Shown one piece after another: positions 33,117-43,473 of a DNA stretch of 43,473 nt. Origin of the DNA: Eubacteriales bacterium. Lineage in GTDB: Bacteria; Bacillota; Clostridia; Oscillospirales; JAAYXM01. A program made the translations under genes and the position numbers. Location of the stretch: positions 1-43,473 of the forward strand of contig JAZTWZ010000110.1 of NCBI GenBank assembly GCA_045636165.1. The letters are read 5' to 3'. The first letter of the stretch is position 1. Every line of letters begins with the position of its first letter. Below the pieces are notes generated by a model. It worked only from the letters and a program-made list of their open reading frames with translations, was not told the origin of the DNA and ran no database searches.

Positions 33117-35906
33117 TGCATCTACCTCCGCGACCTCTTCAGGAGTTCCTGTGCAGACGACTTCACCGCCGCCGCTTCCTCCCTCGGGGCCGAGGTCGAT
33201 TATGTGGTCGGCACACTTTATGACATCGAGGTTATGCTCGATTACGATGACCGTGTTTCCGGCATCTGTAAGACGGGCGAGCATTTCGACAAGCCTGTGG
33301 ACATCGGCAACATGGAGACCTGTTGTAGGCTCGTCAAGGATGTAGATTGTCTTGCCGGTGCTTCTCTTTGAAAGCTCGGTTGCAAGCTTTACGCGCTGTG
33401 CCTCGCCGCCCGAAAGGGTGGTGGAGGCCTGACCGAGTTTTATATATCCGAGACCGACATCGTTGAGAGTCTGAATCTTGTTTGCAATTTTAGGGATGTG
33501 TCGGAAAAATTCATAAGCCTCCGCGCAGGTCATATCAAGGACTTCTGCAATGTTCTTGCCCTTGTACCTGACCTCGAGCGTTTCGCGGTTATAGCGGTTT
33601 CCGTGGCAGACATCGCAGGTGACATAGATATCGGGGAGAAAGTGCATCTCGATTTTGTTTACGCCGTCGCCCGAACACGCCTCACATCTACCGCCGCGGA
33701 CATTAAATGAAAAACGGCTTGCCGTATATCCGCGCATTTTTGCATCGGGAGTCTGCGCGAAGAGAGTTCTTATATCATTGAAAACGCCCGTGTATGTCGC
33801 AGGGTTTGAACGCGGAGTGCGTCCGATTGGCGACTGGTCGATATCAATTATTTTGTCGAGATGTTCAATTCCGCGGAAAGAGTCGAACTTTCCCGGATGT
33901 GTCTTTGCACCGTTGAGCGTTGCAGCAAGGTGCTTATAAAGAATCTCGTTTGTGAGCGAAGATTTTCCCGAGCCTGAAACGCCGGTTATGCAGGTGAATT
34001 TTCCGAGCGGAATCTTGACATCTATATTCTTGAGGTTGTTTTCGCGAGCACCGCGTATTTCGATAAACTTTCCGTTTCCCTTCCGTCTTTCTGACGGCAC
34101 GGGAATTTTCTTTTTGCCCGAGAGATACTGACCCGTAATCGAACGCTTTTCTGCCATGATATCGTCAATGCTTCCTGCGGCGACAATCTCGCCGCCGTGA
34201 ACGCCGGCCCCCGGACCGACATCAATTACATAGTCAGCGCTTTTCATAGTGTCCTCATCGTGTTCAACGACGATGAGCGTATTGCCGAGGTCGCGGAGTC
34301 GCTTGAGCGTCGCGAGAAGCTTTTCGTTATCGCGCTGATGAAGACCTATTGACGGCTCGTCGAGAATATAGAGAACGCCCATAAGGGAAGAGCCGATCTG
34401 CGTTGCGAGTCGTATTCGCTGGCTTTCACCGCCAGAAAGAGTTCCGGCTGATCTGGAAAGCGTAAGGTAAGAAAGACCGACGCTCTGCAAAAAGCCGAGC
34501 CTTTCGCGAATCTCGCGGAGAATGAGAGCTGCAATTTCGCGCTCGCGTTCGGTAAGCAAGGTTTCGACATTGTTTATAAATTCAAGAGCCTTATCAACTG
34601 GCATCTCGCACATATCATAAATATTTATTCCACCGACGGTAACGGCAAGAGCTTCTTTGCGGAGTCTCTTTCCGCCGCAGGTAGGGCAGGGAGTGTGAAT
34701 CATACACTCTTCAATTTCTGCTTTTGAATATTCGCTTGCAGTTTCGTGGTAACGGCGCTCAAGATTCGGGACAAGTCCCTCCCAAACCTGAGTATAGTCG
34801 CCCTTTCCGTAAGATTTGTCATAGTGAAGCGGAATCTTCTCTCCGCCCGTTCCGTAGAGAAGAGCATTAAGTGCTTTCTCGGGAATTTCCGAAATGGGTA
34901 GAGAAAGGTCAAAGTTATAGTGTTTAGAAAGTCCGTCGTAGTACATCCTTGCGATTGTTCCGGGCTCTGCATTTCTCCAGCCCGAGGCGTGAATCGCGCC
35001 GTCAAGAATCGACTTTGACTTATCGGGGATGACGGCATCCGGGTCAACTCGCAGAAGTGTTGCAAGTCCCGAGCATTCGGGGCATGCGCCGTGGGGGTTG
35101 TTGAATGAGAAAAGACGCGGTGTGAGTTCTTCGATGCTTATTCCGCAGTCGTCGCAGGCGAAATTCTGCGAGAAAACAAGCTCCTCACCGCTGATTACAT
35201 CAATAACAACAAGCCCGTCTGAGAGCTTTGTGGCAGTTTCAATTGAATCTGCAAGGCGCATTTCTATACCGTCCTTTATGACAAGGCGGTCAATTATGAT
35301 TTCAATGTTGTGTTTTTTGTTTTTTTCAAGCTTTATGTCTTCGGAGAGGTCGTATAGATTGCCGTCAACTCTCGCTCTTACAAAACCTGACTTCTTCGCG
35401 TTCTCAAAAACCTTTTCGTGCTCACCCTTGCGTGAACGGACGACGGGGGAGAGAACCTGAAACTTCGTTCCCTCGGAAAGAGAGAGAACCTTATCGCAAA
35501 TCTGGTCAACCGTCTGCTTCTGAATGACTTTTCCGCAGACGGGGCAATGCGGAGTTCCGACTCTTGCCCAGAGAAGACGGAGATAGTCGTAAATCTCAGT
35601 TACCGTACCGACTGTTGAGCGTGGGTTTTTTGAGGTTGTTTTCTGGTCGATGGAGATAGCGGGAGAAAGACCCTCAATGTAGTCAACATCGGGCTTGTCC
35701 ATCCGTCCGAGAAACATTCTCGCGTATGATGAGAGCGATTCGACATACCGCCTCTGTCCTTCTGCATAAATCGTATCAAAGGCAAGGCTCGACTTTCCCG
35801 AACCCGAAAGCCCTGTTATTACGACAATGCTGTCACGCGGAATTTCGACATCTATATTTTTGAGGTTATGCTCTCTCGCACCCTTTACAAATATGTTTTT
35901 ATTCAT
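33081..35906 (-). CDS. uvrA: excinuclease ABC subunit A
   Basis: [36 protein letters not shown], Zn-finger CPxCxG motifs and a second ABC module [13 protein letters not shown] 35906 lies 6 nt after AGGTG. The track start at 35915 falls inside the SD. Confidence 0.95.
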   Translation of the reverse strand: MNKNIFVKGAREHNLKNIDVEIPRDSIVVITGLSGSGKSSLAFDTIYAEGQRRYVESLSSYARMFLGRMDKPDVDYIEGLSPAISIDQKTTSKNPRSTVGTVTEIYDYLRLLWARVGTPHCPVCGKVIQKQTVDQICDKVLSLSEGTKFQVLSPVVRSRKGEHEKVFENAKKSGFVRARVDGNLYDLSEDIKLEKNKKHNIEIIIDRLVIKDGIEMRLADSIETATKLSDGLVVIDVISGEELVFSQNFACDDCGISIEELTPRLFSFNNPHGACPECSGLATLLRVDPDAVIPDKSKSILDGAIHASGWRNAEPGTIARMYYDGLSKHYNFDLSLPISEIPEKALNALLYGTGGEKIPLHYDKSYGKGDYTQVWEGLVPNLERRYHETASEYSKAEIEECMIHTPCPTCGGKRLRKEALAVTVGGINIYDMCEMPVDKALEFINNVETLLTEREREIAALILREIRERLGFLQSVGLSYLTLSRSAGTLSGGESQRIRLATQIGSSLMGVLYILDEPSIGLHQRDNEKLLATLKRLRDLGNTLIVVEHDEDTMKSADYVIDVGPGAGVHGGEIVAAGSIDDIMAEKRSITGQYLSGKKKIPVPSERRKGNGKFIEIRGARENNLKNIDVKIPLGKFTCITGVSGSGKSSLTNEILYKHLAATLNGAKTHPGKFDSFRGIEHLDKIIDIDQSPIGRTPRSNPATYTGVFNDIRTLFAQTPDAKMRGYTASRFSFNVRGGRCEACSGDGVNKIEMHFLPDIYVTCDVCHGNRYNRETLEVRYKGKNIAEVLDMTCAEAYEFFRHIPKIANKIQTLNDVGLGYIKLGQASTTLSGGEAQRVKLATELSKRSTGKTIYILDEPTTGLHVADVHRLVEMLARLTDAGNTVIVIEHNLDVIKCADHIIDLGPEGGSGGGEVVCTGTPEEVAEVDASFTGKYLKTVL

Positions 35907-35925
35907 AGTTTTCACCTTTTGTGAG

Positions 35926-37881
35926 TTAATCTTGTCCGCGAAGCTCTATTATTCTGTCGCGGAGAATTGCAGCGTATTCAAACTCAAGAAGCTTTGAAGC
36001 CTCTTTCATATCTTGCTCGAGCTTCTTTATGAGCTTCTCTCGCTCTGATTTTGAGAGTTTTTCGCGCTTTATATCGCTTGTATCCTTTGAGATTTCAAGA
36101 AGTTCGGAAACATCCTTTATAATTGTTTTCGGAACGATTCCGTGTTCCTCGTTGTATTTTGCCTGAAGAGTCCGTCGGCGCAAGGTTTCGTCAATTGCGC
36201 GCTGCATTGAGCCCGTGACGGTATCGCCGTACATAATAACCTTGCCGTGGTCATTTCGTGCTGCACGACCCATCGTCTGGATGAGCGAGGTCTCGCTTCG
36301 GAGAAAGCCCTCGCGGTCAGCATCCAGAATCGCAACGAGCGACACCTCGGGGATGTCAAGACCCTCGCGGAGAAGGTTGATTCCGACGAGAACATCGAAT
36401 GTGCCAAGTCTGAGGTCGCGGATGATTTCCATTCGCTCTATTGTTTCTACATTATGGTGCAGGTATTTGACTTTGATTCCTGCGCGCTCGAGGTACGCGG
36501 TAAGGTCCTCTGCCATCTTCTTTGTGAGTGTTGTGACTAAAACTCGCTCTTTCTTTTCAACGCGCGCATTTATCTCTCCGATGAGGTCGTCAATCTGCCC
36601 CTCGGTCGGACGAAGCTCAATCTCGGGGTCTAAAAGACCTGTCGGGCGGATGAGCTGTTCTGCTATCTGTGCCGAACGCTCGCGCTCATACTCACCCGGC
36701 GTCGCCGAGACATAGATAACCTGATTTATATGGTCTTCGAATTCGGTGAAATTAAGCGGTCTGTTGTCAAACGCGCTCGGAAGACGGAAGCCGTATTTTA
36801 CGAGCGTTTCCTTTCTCGCGCGGTCGCCGGCATACATTCCGCGAACCTGCGGAAGAGTAACATGCGATTCGTCAACGATGAGGAGAAAATCGTCGGGGAA
36901 GTAGTCCATAAGCGTAAACGGTGCGCTTCCCGGTTCACGGCCGCTTATGATTCGCGAATAGTTTTCGATACCGTTGCAGTATCCAAGCTCCTGAATCATC
37001 TCGACATCGTATTCCGTGCGCTGACGGATGCGCTGTGCCTCGATAAGCTTTTCCTCGCTCTCGAAGAATTTGACGCGCTCTTCCATCTCGGAGAGCATCT
37101 CTTCGCACGCCTTTGCCATCTTCTCGGGAGTTGAGACATAGTGGGAAGCGGGATAAATCGCAACATGCGAAAGCTCGCGCTTTACGCCTCCCGTAACGGT
37201 GTTTATCTCGGAGATGCGGTCAACCTCGTCGCCGAAGAACTCAACTCTTATCGCCGTGTCCTTTGAATAAACGGGGAAGATCTCGACCGTATCCCCACGT
37301 ACGCGGAACTTGTTTCGTTCGAATGCGACATCGTTTCTTTCGTATCTGATTTCAATGAGCTTTCTGATAACCTCATCGCGCGGCTTGTCCATACCGGGTC
37401 GGAGCGAGATAACCATGCTCGAATAGTCAATCGGGTCGCCGAGACCGTAGATGCAGGAAACGCTCGCAACGATTATTACATCGCGCCGCTCGCCGAGTGA
37501 GGATGTCGCGCTGTGGCGGAGACGGTCAATCTCCTCGTTTGTCGAGGAGTCCTTTTCAATATAGGTATCTGTATGCGGAATATATGCCTCAGGCTGATAA
37601 TAGTCAAAGTAAGAAACAAAATACTCAACCGCGTTATCGGGGAAGAATGCTTTGAGCTCCGAACAGAGCTGTGCGGCGAGGGTTTTGTTGTGGGCAAGCA
37701 CCAGTGTCGGTCGCTGTACTCGCTCGATGATGTTTGCCATAGTAAAGGTTTTTCCCGAGCCCGTAACGCCGAGGAGCGTCTGCTCGGAAAGACCGAGTTC
37801 AATGCCCTTTGAAAGAGCATCTATCGCGGCAGGCTGGTCGCCTGTCGGTGAATAGGGTGCGTGTATTTTGAATTCTGCCAC
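35926..37881 (-). CDS. uvrB: excinuclease ABC subunit B
   Basis: [36 protein letters not shown] box and C-terminal UVR motif [19 protein letters not shown] 37881 lies 10 nt after GGAGG. The track start TTG 37890 is only 1 nt from the SD. Confidence 0.93.
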   Translation of the reverse strand: MAEFKIHAPYSPTGDQPAAIDALSKGIELGLSEQTLLGVTGSGKTFTMANIIERVQRPTLVLAHNKTLAAQLCSELKAFFPDNAVEYFVSYFDYYQPEAYIPHTDTYIEKDSSTNEEIDRLRHSATSSLGERRDVIIVASVSCIYGLGDPIDYSSMVISLRPGMDKPRDEVIRKLIEIRYERNDVAFERNKFRVRGDTVEIFPVYSKDTAIRVEFFGDEVDRISEINTVTGGVKRELSHVAIYPASHYVSTPEKMAKACEEMLSEMEERVKFFESEEKLIEAQRIRQRTEYDVEMIQELGYCNGIENYSRIISGREPGSAPFTLMDYFPDDFLLIVDESHVTLPQVRGMYAGDRARKETLVKYGFRLPSAFDNRPLNFTEFEDHINQVIYVSATPGEYERERSAQIAEQLIRPTGLLDPEIELRPTEGQIDDLIGEINARVEKKERVLVTTLTKKMAEDLTAYLERAGIKVKYLHHNVETIERMEIIRDLRLGTFDVLVGINLLREGLDIPEVSLVAILDADREGFLRSETSLIQTMGRAARNDHGKVIMYGDTVTGSMQRAIDETLRRRTLQAKYNEEHGIVPKTIIKDVSELLEISKDTSDIKREKLSKSEREKLIKKLEQDMKEASKLLEFEYAAILRDRIIELRGQD

Positions 37882-37899
37882 AGCGACCAAACCTCCTTT

Positions 37900-39030
37900 T
37901 TAGAATATGAGTGTAGCGACTGTAAGTATAATGAGAAAACCAAAATTGAAGAGCGAGAATTTCACGAGATAGCTACGGGTCTTTCCGGGGTTGTGATGAA
38001 CATAAGTTCTGAAGGTTATAAGGCTTGCGAGAGACGAGATAAGTGTTCCAACGCCGCCGATGTTTACTCCGCGGAGGAGATTTACATAGTCGCCCGTAAA
38101 CTGCGAGAGAAGAATCGCAGACGGGACATTGCTTATGAATTGGCAGGAGAAGATTGAGAAAAGAAGCGTGTTCTTCTCTAGAAGAGAGGAGAAGAGCTCG
38201 TTTATAATATCTATTCTTGCCATATTTCCTGCAAAAATGAAGAAGAAAACAAAAGTGAGAAGAAGCGGATAATCAACCGCCTTGAGAGCTTTACGGTCTG
38301 TAAAGAAAAGGACAATCGGAATAACGATAAGACCTACCAAGTAGGGAATGCCGCGGAAGACGATAGCGATTGAAAGAGCGAAAAGGAGAAGGTATATAAC
38401 CGCCCTCTTGCGGTCAAGAACAACATCGCTGTCGGGGATACCGAGCTCTTCGGGTTTTACGAAAATAAAACAGCAGAGCGTTATGAGAACGATTGAGAGA
38501 ACAAACGGAAACGCCATAATTCCCATAAACTCGAGATTCGGGATGTTGAAATGTGAGTAAAGATACAGATTCTGCGGATTTCCGAATGGTGTAAGCATAC
38601 CGCCAAGGTTTGCGGAGATGTTCTGCATAATAAAGGTAAATGCCATATACTTCTCTTTTCCTGTTTCCGTAAGGACGAAATAGCCAAGCGGAAGAAAGGT
38701 GAGAAGCGCCATATCGTTTGCAATGAGCATAGAACCGATGAAGGTAATATACACAAGTGCAAGAACGCACATTCTCGCGTTTTTGAAAAGGACGACTATC
38801 CTTTGTGCGAGAACATAGAAAAAGCAGATATTGCGAAGAGCGCAAACAACTGCGAGAACGCAGAAAAGGCAGGTGAGCGTTTTGAAGTCAAAATACCCGA
38901 GATACTCTTTATCAACGGGGACGAAAAAGCTCGTCACGATTGCCGAGATAAGTGCAATCGTCATAACCGCGTTTTCTTTTAAAAATGAGATGATATTGAA
39001 ATGTTTTTTCTTTTGTATGGCGGTTGTCAT
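37900..39030 (-). CDS. ArsB/NhaD-superfamily (YbiR-like) anion permease
   Basis: 376 aa and about 10-11 TM segments. This is a family assignment from general resemblance only. AGGAG lies 6 nt upstream of ATG 39030. Confidence 0.6.
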   Translation of the reverse strand: MTTAIQKKKHFNIISFLKENAVMTIALISAIVTSFFVPVDKEYLGYFDFKTLTCLFCVLAVVCALRNICFFYVLAQRIVVLFKNARMCVLALVYITFIGSMLIANDMALLTFLPLGYFVLTETGKEKYMAFTFIMQNISANLGGMLTPFGNPQNLYLYSHFNIPNLEFMGIMAFPFVLSIVLITLCCFIFVKPEELGIPDSDVVLDRKRAVIYLLLFALSIAIVFRGIPYLVGLIVIPIVLFFTDRKALKAVDYPLLLTFVFFFIFAGNMARIDIINELFSSLLEKNTLLFSIFSCQFISNVPSAILLSQFTGDYVNLLRGVNIGGVGTLISSLASLITFRTYVHHNPGKTRSYLVKFSLFNFGFLIILTVATLIF

Positions 39031-39042
39031 AATAAACTCCTG

Positions 39043-40629
39043 TTATATCTCAAGTACTGCTTCTGCAACACGGATGCCGTCAACTGCCGAGGAGAGAATT
39101 CCTCCTGCATACCCTGCACCTTCGCCGCAGGGGAAAAGACCGTCGATTGAGGAGACGAGTTTTTCGTTTCTCATAATTCGGACAGGTGAGGATGAGCGCG
39201 TTTCGGGTGCTGTAAGAACAGCTTCACCGTCGGAAAACGTCGAGATGCTTTTTGAAAAGCTCTTGAGACCTACCTTTAGTGTTTCTGTTATATATTCGGG
39301 GAAAAGCTCTGCAATGTCACATTCTGCGACACCCGGGAGAAAAGATGGCGTGATTTTTCCAAAGCCTGTTTTCTTTCCCGTGAGGAAGCCCTCAACCGTC
39401 TGGGCAGGGGCAAAGTAATTCTCGCCTGCAAGTCTGAAAGCGGCCTTTTCAATTTCTCTCTGCATATAAACGCCTGCAAGAGGATGACTTCCTCCAAAGT
39501 CCTCAGGTGCAACATTGACTAAAAGTGCGCTGTTTGCGTTGTCTTTATTTCTCGCGTATAAGCTCATACCGTTTGTGACGATTCCGCCCTCTTCGCTCGC
39601 GGCGTATATTACCTCGCCACCCGGGCACATGCAGAAGGTATAGACGCATCTGCCGTTCAAAAGACGGTTTGAGAGCTTGTAATCTGCCGCGCCGAGGGAT
39701 GCGTGTCCTGCAAAATCGCCGTAGCGGCAGCGGTCGATATCCTTCTGGAGATGCTCGATTCGCACGCCCATTGAGAACGGTTTCTGCTCGAGAGTAACGC
39801 CCATACGGGCAAGAAGCTCAAAAACATCGCGAGCAGAGTGACCTACTGCGAGGATGAGCTTGTCGGTTTCAAAGGAAATATCGTTATTACCGCTTTTGCA
39901 GGTGATACCGTAAAGTTTACCGTCTTTTGTGCGAATATCGCAGAGACGGGTGTTAAAGAAAACCTCGCCGCCAAGAGCCTTGATTTCTTCGCGGATACCC
40001 GAGACAACCTTCGGGAGATTGTCCGAGCCGATGTGAGGATTTCTTATATACATTATCTCTTCGGGTGCGCCGTGCTTTACAAAGGTAGAAAAAACATCAA
40101 AACGGCGCTTGTCGTGAGTTCCGGAATTGAGCTTTCCGTCAGAAAAGGTTCCTGCTCCACCCTCGCCGAACTGAACGTTCGACTCCGTATTCAGACTTCC
40201 GCCCTCGCGGAATGCGCGGATGCTCTTTTCTCTTTCTTCGACCGATTCTCCGCGTTCAATGAGGATGGGGTTTGCTCCATATCGTGCAAGGGTAAGCGCG
40301 GCAAAAAGCCCTGCAGGACCTGCGCCGACGACAACGGGGCGTCGCTCGGGAAGGTGGGGGACAGCTGCGATGACCTTTTCGGGCTTCGGCTTTGCAGTAA
40401 CATCGCGACGGGAAACTCTTTTGAGGAGTTTTTGTTCATCGCCCACAACATCAAGTTCAACAGAGAAAACGAAATGGACATCCCGTCTGTCGCGCGCATC
40501 AACCGCCTTTTTCACAATCTTAAGGCTTTTTATCTCCTTCGGGGAGAGGCCGAGAATACGGGCTGCACGGGAATATAACTTTTTTTCATCACATTCGAGC
40601 GAAAGTTTCAGATTTCCTATTTGTATCAT
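39043..40629 (-). CDS. FAD-dependent oxidoreductase of the COG2509 type (uncharacterised FAD-dependent dehydrogenase)
   Basis: 528 aa. The N-terminal module reads LKIVKKAVDARDRRDVHFVFSVELDV, followed by the GAGPAG Rossmann motif (PVVVGAGPAGLFAALTLARYG). Confidence 0.8.
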   Translation of the reverse strand: MIQIGNLKLSLECDEKKLYSRAARILGLSPKEIKSLKIVKKAVDARDRRDVHFVFSVELDVVGDEQKLLKRVSRRDVTAKPKPEKVIAAVPHLPERRPVVVGAGPAGLFAALTLARYGANPILIERGESVEEREKSIRAFREGGSLNTESNVQFGEGGAGTFSDGKLNSGTHDKRRFDVFSTFVKHGAPEEIMYIRNPHIGSDNLPKVVSGIREEIKALGGEVFFNTRLCDIRTKDGKLYGITCKSGNNDISFETDKLILAVGHSARDVFELLARMGVTLEQKPFSMGVRIEHLQKDIDRCRYGDFAGHASLGAADYKLSNRLLNGRCVYTFCMCPGGEVIYAASEEGGIVTNGMSLYARNKDNANSALLVNVAPEDFGGSHPLAGVYMQREIEKAAFRLAGENYFAPAQTVEGFLTGKKTGFGKITPSFLPGVAECDIAELFPEYITETLKVGLKSFSKSISTFSDGEAVLTAPETRSSSPVRIMRNEKLVSSIDGLFPCGEGAGYAGGILSSAVDGIRVAEAVLEI

Positions 40630-40699
40630 AACAAAAATCCTTTAAATTTATATTCATTCAACTAATTATTATATCAAAAATAAGTTTAAAAGTAAACAG

Positions 40700-40728
40700 T
40701 TGACAAATGGAAAAAACTGCGTTATAAT
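40700..40728 (+). promoter_or_regulatory. promoter of the GntR-ABC operon
   Basis: TTGACA (40700-40705), 17-bp spacer, TATAAT (40723-40728). Confidence 0.65.
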
Positions 40729-40730
40729 GC

Positions 40731-40748
40731 AAGTGTACTAATACACTT
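40731..40748. promoter_or_regulatory. candidate YtrA/GntR operator
   Basis: The inverted repeat AAGTGTA-ctaa-TACACTT lies immediately downstream of the -10 element. Confidence 0.5.
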
Positions 40749-40769
40749 AATACAGTTGGAGGTGATGAT

Positions 40770-41147
40770 GTGATAAAGCTTGATTATAAGGACTCGCGCC
40801 CGATTCACGAGCAGATAACCCAGGGCATAAAAGAGCTTATTATGTGCGGTGCGCTCAAAGCTGATGAGCAGCTTCCGTCAGTCCGCGATTTCGCGGTAAG
40901 CCTTACGGTAAACCCGAATACCGTCCAGCGTGCTTACAAGAACCTTGAGGCTGAGAATATCATATACAGCGTAAAGGGGAAGGGCAACTTCGTCTCAGGC
41001 GATTCTCACGCCGATCGCGCGACAATCACAAAGCTTTATGACACTCTTGAGGGCACACTTCGTGAGCTTGTTTTCTATGGTGAGGATAAGGAAAAGATTC
41101 TTTCTTTCCTTGACCGGATTATCACCGAAACGGAGGGAAGAAAATGA
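40770..41147 (+). CDS. GntR-family transcriptional regulator, YtrA subfamily (short effector domain)
   Basis: 125 aa with the wHTH LPSVRDFAVSLTVNPNTVQRAYKNLEAENIIYSVKGKGNFV. GTG 40770 lies 7 nt after GGAGG. Confidence 0.88.
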   Translation: MIKLDYKDSRPIHEQITQGIKELIMCGALKADEQLPSVRDFAVSLTVNPNTVQRAYKNLEAENIIYSVKGKGNFVSGDSHADRATITKLYDTLEGTLRELVFYGEDKEKILSFLDRIITETEGRK

Positions 41148-42040
41148 TAGAAGTAAAAAATATTTCAAAGAACTTCGGCGCTGTACGCGCTCTTTCTGAG
41201 CTTTCTATGAATGTTCCGAAAGGAAGTATATACGGTCTTGTCGGCCCGAACGGCGCAGGTAAAACGACCATAATAAATCATCTTATGGGAGTTTATAAGC
41301 CTGATGCAGGCTCGGTTATGATTGACGGCGAGAATGTCTGGGAGAATACTGCGCTTAAGAAGCGCGTGCTTTGCATAAACGATGAGTGGTATTTCTACCC
41401 GAGCTTTTCGATGAAGGAAATGGCAAAGCTTTACGCAGGTCTTTACCCCGACTTCAACAGAGAAAGATATGAAAAGCTTTCTGAGATTCTTCCGATAGAC
41501 GAAAACCGCCAGATAAGAAGATTTTCAAAGGGTATGAAAAAGCAGGTCGCTTTCCGTCTTGTTCTTTCGTGCCTTCCCGAGGTACTTATTCTCGATGAGC
41601 CGCTTGACGGGCTTGACCCCGTTATGAGAAAGCAGATTATGAATGTAATCATCTCCGATGTTGCGGAGCGTCAGATGACGGTGCTTGTTTCTTCCCACAA
41701 TCTCCGCGAACTTGAGGATATCTGCGACTATGTCGGAATTATCCACAAGGGAAGTCTTGTCGCCGAAAAGCCGCTTGAAGACTTAAAGGGAAATATCTGC
41801 AAAATTCAGATTGCCTTTGACGGCGAGTTCCCCGAAGAGCTTAAAAGCGATATGATTCTCCATACATCAAAGGTCGGCTCGGTATATACAGTGATAATCA
41901 AGGGCGATGCCGATAAGTTTGAGGAAAAAGCAAAGAGCTTTTCTCCGCTTGTCTTTGACAAGGTAAGCCTTACCCTTGAGGAAGTTTTCATTTATGAGTT
42001 GGGAGGTTTGGGATATGACTTCAAACAAATCGTTTTTTAG
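41144..42040 (+). CDS. ABC transporter ATP-binding protein (ABC-2/YtrB-like)
   Basis: Walker A is GPNGAGKTT, the signature-like motif is FSKGMKKQV, and Walker B is LILDEPLDGLD. It has an ATGA overlap with the regulator gene. Confidence 0.9.
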   Translation: MIEVKNISKNFGAVRALSELSMNVPKGSIYGLVGPNGAGKTTIINHLMGVYKPDAGSVMIDGENVWENTALKKRVLCINDEWYFYPSFSMKEMAKLYAGLYPDFNRERYEKLSEILPIDENRQIRRFSKGMKKQVAFRLVLSCLPEVLILDEPLDGLDPVMRKQIMNVIISDVAERQMTVLVSSHNLRELEDICDYVGIIHKGSLVAEKPLEDLKGNICKIQIAFDGEFPEELKSDMILHTSKVGSVYTVIIKGDADKFEEKAKSFSPLVFDKVSLTLEEVFIYELGGLGYDFKQIVF

Positions 42041-43473
42041 CAGCGCGATATATTTAAACAACTTAAAACGCTTCAAGTGGGGAAGCTTTCTTTACGGAAT
42101 TATTCTTTTCTTCATCGTTCCGTTTATGTTTCTTATCGAGCCTGTCGAGCGTTTCCCCGACCGATTCTATCTCCCCGAAACACAGAATGTTCCGCTTATC
42201 CTCTCGGACTCATACATAATACTCCCGATACTGCTTGCAATCGTGATTCCAACGGTCGCGGCGGTGCTGATTTTCAATAATGTCCATTCAGTAAAGCAGA
42301 GTGTCTTTGTCCACTCGCTTCCCGTAACCCGTGGTGAGAATTATGTTTCCGATGTCCTTGCAGGGCTTACTCTTATGGCGATTCCTGTTATTGCAAACGG
42401 CATCATCCTTCTCATAATGAGCTTTACCGATTACAGCGTTATAATGACGCCTGCATCTGTAATATACTGGATGTTCTTAAACCTTTCGGTGCTGTTTGTA
42501 ATGTTTTCAGTCGCCTCCGCGACGGCGTTTCTTACAGGAAATGCCGCAACACATATCGGGCTTAATGCGTTTGCGCATATTCTTCCGATGATAGTCGCGC
42601 TCTTTATAGCAGTTATGAGCGAGGAGTTCCTCTACGGCTTTATGACGACCGAAAATTTCGTATCAAACGAAATTATTACGCACACCCCCCTCGTATGGCT
42701 GTTCTCAGGAGCGATGAACTACCGCGCGTTTCAGACGAGTGTATTTACCCAAGGTATGTTCTGGGTATATATCGCGGTAAGTCTTGCGCTTTATGGTGTC
42801 GGATATATTCTCTATCGCGTGAGAAAGATTGAACTTTCGGGCGATGTCTGCGCGTTCTCCGTCTTCCGCCCGATATTCAAGTATATGGCAACGGCATCTG
42901 CCGCAATCTTCGTTTTTGCGATCCTCTGCGAGAGTACTATTGCGCCCGTCTTTGCATATATCGAGGTTGCAGTTGCTTCTGCGGTAGTATATTTCGCCTG
43001 CGAAATGATTATAAACAAGAGCTTTAAGGTTTTTAAATCGTATAAAGGTTTGCTCGTGTTCTTTGCAGCATCGGCGGCTGTACTTCTGTTTGTTGCAAAC
43101 ACCTCGGTTTTCGGCTATGAAACAAGACTTCCCGAGCCGCAGGAGATTGAAAGCGCGGCACTGCATGAGAACTACCGCTATGATAACCTTGTCGTATCGG
43201 ATGCGGAGCTTATTGAGAATGTCCGCGAGACGCATAAGGAGATAATCGAAAATCGTCTTCACCATGAGTATGAGGGCAGAATTTTGTATGTCACATACAA
43301 GCTCAGAAACGGAAAGGTTATAAGAAGGCAGTATATCAAAGAAAAAGAATTCTTTGACGAAGCGATGTCGAAGATGTATGAAAATATGGAATACAAGCAG
43401 AGAGTGACGGGGCTTTATGATATAAACATTGAGAATGTAAACGAGCTGAAGCTCTTCTTCGATTCGGCGGGAA
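42015..43473 (+). CDS. ABC-2-type permease with a large extracytoplasmic C-terminal region (partial; runs off the window end)
   Basis: My own translation from ATG 42015, 8 nt after GGGAGG: MTSNKSFFSSAIYLNNLKRFKWGSFLYGIILFFIVPF... It has about 6 TM segments, then a soluble region GYETRLPEPQEIESAALHENYRYD... There is no stop codon before 43473. It is absent from the ORF track because it is open-ended. Confidence 0.75.
   Translation, partial: MTSNKSFFSSAIYLNNLKRFKWGSFLYGIILFFIVPFMFLIEPVERFPDRFYLPETQNVPLILSDSYIILPILLAIVIPTVAAVLIFNNVHSVKQSVFVHSLPVTRGENYVSDVLAGLTLMAIPVIANGIILLIMSFTDYSVIMTPASVIYWMFLNLSVLFVMFSVASATAFLTGNAATHIGLNAFAHILPMIVALFIAVMSEEFLYGFMTTENFVSNEIITHTPLVWLFSGAMNYRAFQTSVFTQGMFWVYIAVSLALYGVGYILYRVRKIELSGDVCAFSVFRPIFKYMATASAAIFVFAILCESTIAPVFAYIEVAVASAVVYFACEMIINKSFKVFKSYKGLLVFFAASAAVLLFVANTSVFGYETRLPEPQEIESAALHENYRYDNLVVSDAELIENVRETHKEIIENRLHHEYEGRILYVTYKLRNGKVIRRQYIKEKEFFDEAMSKMYENMEYKQRVTGLYDINIENVNELKLFFDSAG

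Noticed and set aside
39838-40645. 246-aa and 141-aa plus-strand ORFs opposite the COG2509 flavoprotein gene
   Set aside because: They are antisense to a gene with a clear Rossmann motif and family-typical N-terminus, and they have no SD.
42705-43265. 186-aa minus-strand ORF near the window end, and the 67-aa plus-strand ORF at 42077-42280
   Set aside because: Both overlap the long open-ended permease frame starting at 42015. That frame has a proper SD, translational coupling to the ATPase gene and coherent TM segments.

Overview
The window reads as a core chromosomal segment of a spore-forming Firmicute (class Clostridia by gene content; I cannot name the species from sequence alone). It is densely coded: about 36 CDS, one five-tRNA cluster and many hairpin terminators. 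I saw no CRISPR array, transposase, integrase, prophage block or recognisable defence island.

Gene content, left to right:
- Partial DUF1540-like gene (minus strand).
- ABC half-exporter followed by nrdG.
- NrdR-box promoter, then nrdD (class III RNR with a fused C-terminal thioredoxin-fold domain), then a trxB-like reductase.
- MATE efflux pump.
- Germinant-receptor operon in the order A, C, small two-TM ORF, B.
- Cysteine-rich orphan protein.
- Minus strand: SpoVB-like flippase, malQ, orphan family-5 SBP lipoprotein, pgeF, typA, secG.
- 1-phosphofructokinase.
- PepSY-like/SLH surface protein.
- tRNA Gly-Arg-His-Gln-Lys.
- SDR oxidoreductase.
- prfB without the programmed frameshift.
- YhaN/Rad50-like ATPase with a membrane hairpin.
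- CofE-like ligase plus YnbB-like PLP enzyme.
- 21-codon relic of an FGGY sugar kinase.
- 2x[4Fe-4S] ferredoxin.
- clpC.
- Minus strand: uvrA, uvrB, YbiR-like permease, COG2509 FAD protein.
- YtrA-type GntR regulator, ABC ATPase and a large permease that runs off the window end.

I did not find a clear-cut new multi-gene system. The most promising leads are:
1. A self-contained thiol-dependent class III RNR module: NrdD with its own CPNC thioredoxin-fold domain, next to a TrxB-like flavoenzyme lacking the NADPH-binding HRRxxxR motif.
2. typA has no stop codon and runs in frame through a terminator-like hairpin into pgeF.
3. A 24-Cys orphan protein sits in a sporulation and germination neighbourhood.
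4. A co-transcribed CofE-like ligase and YnbB-like PLP enzyme pair sits beside a membrane-inserted Rad50-like ATPase.

All promoter, operator and terminator calls were made by eye. All family assignments come from remembered motifs, not searches.
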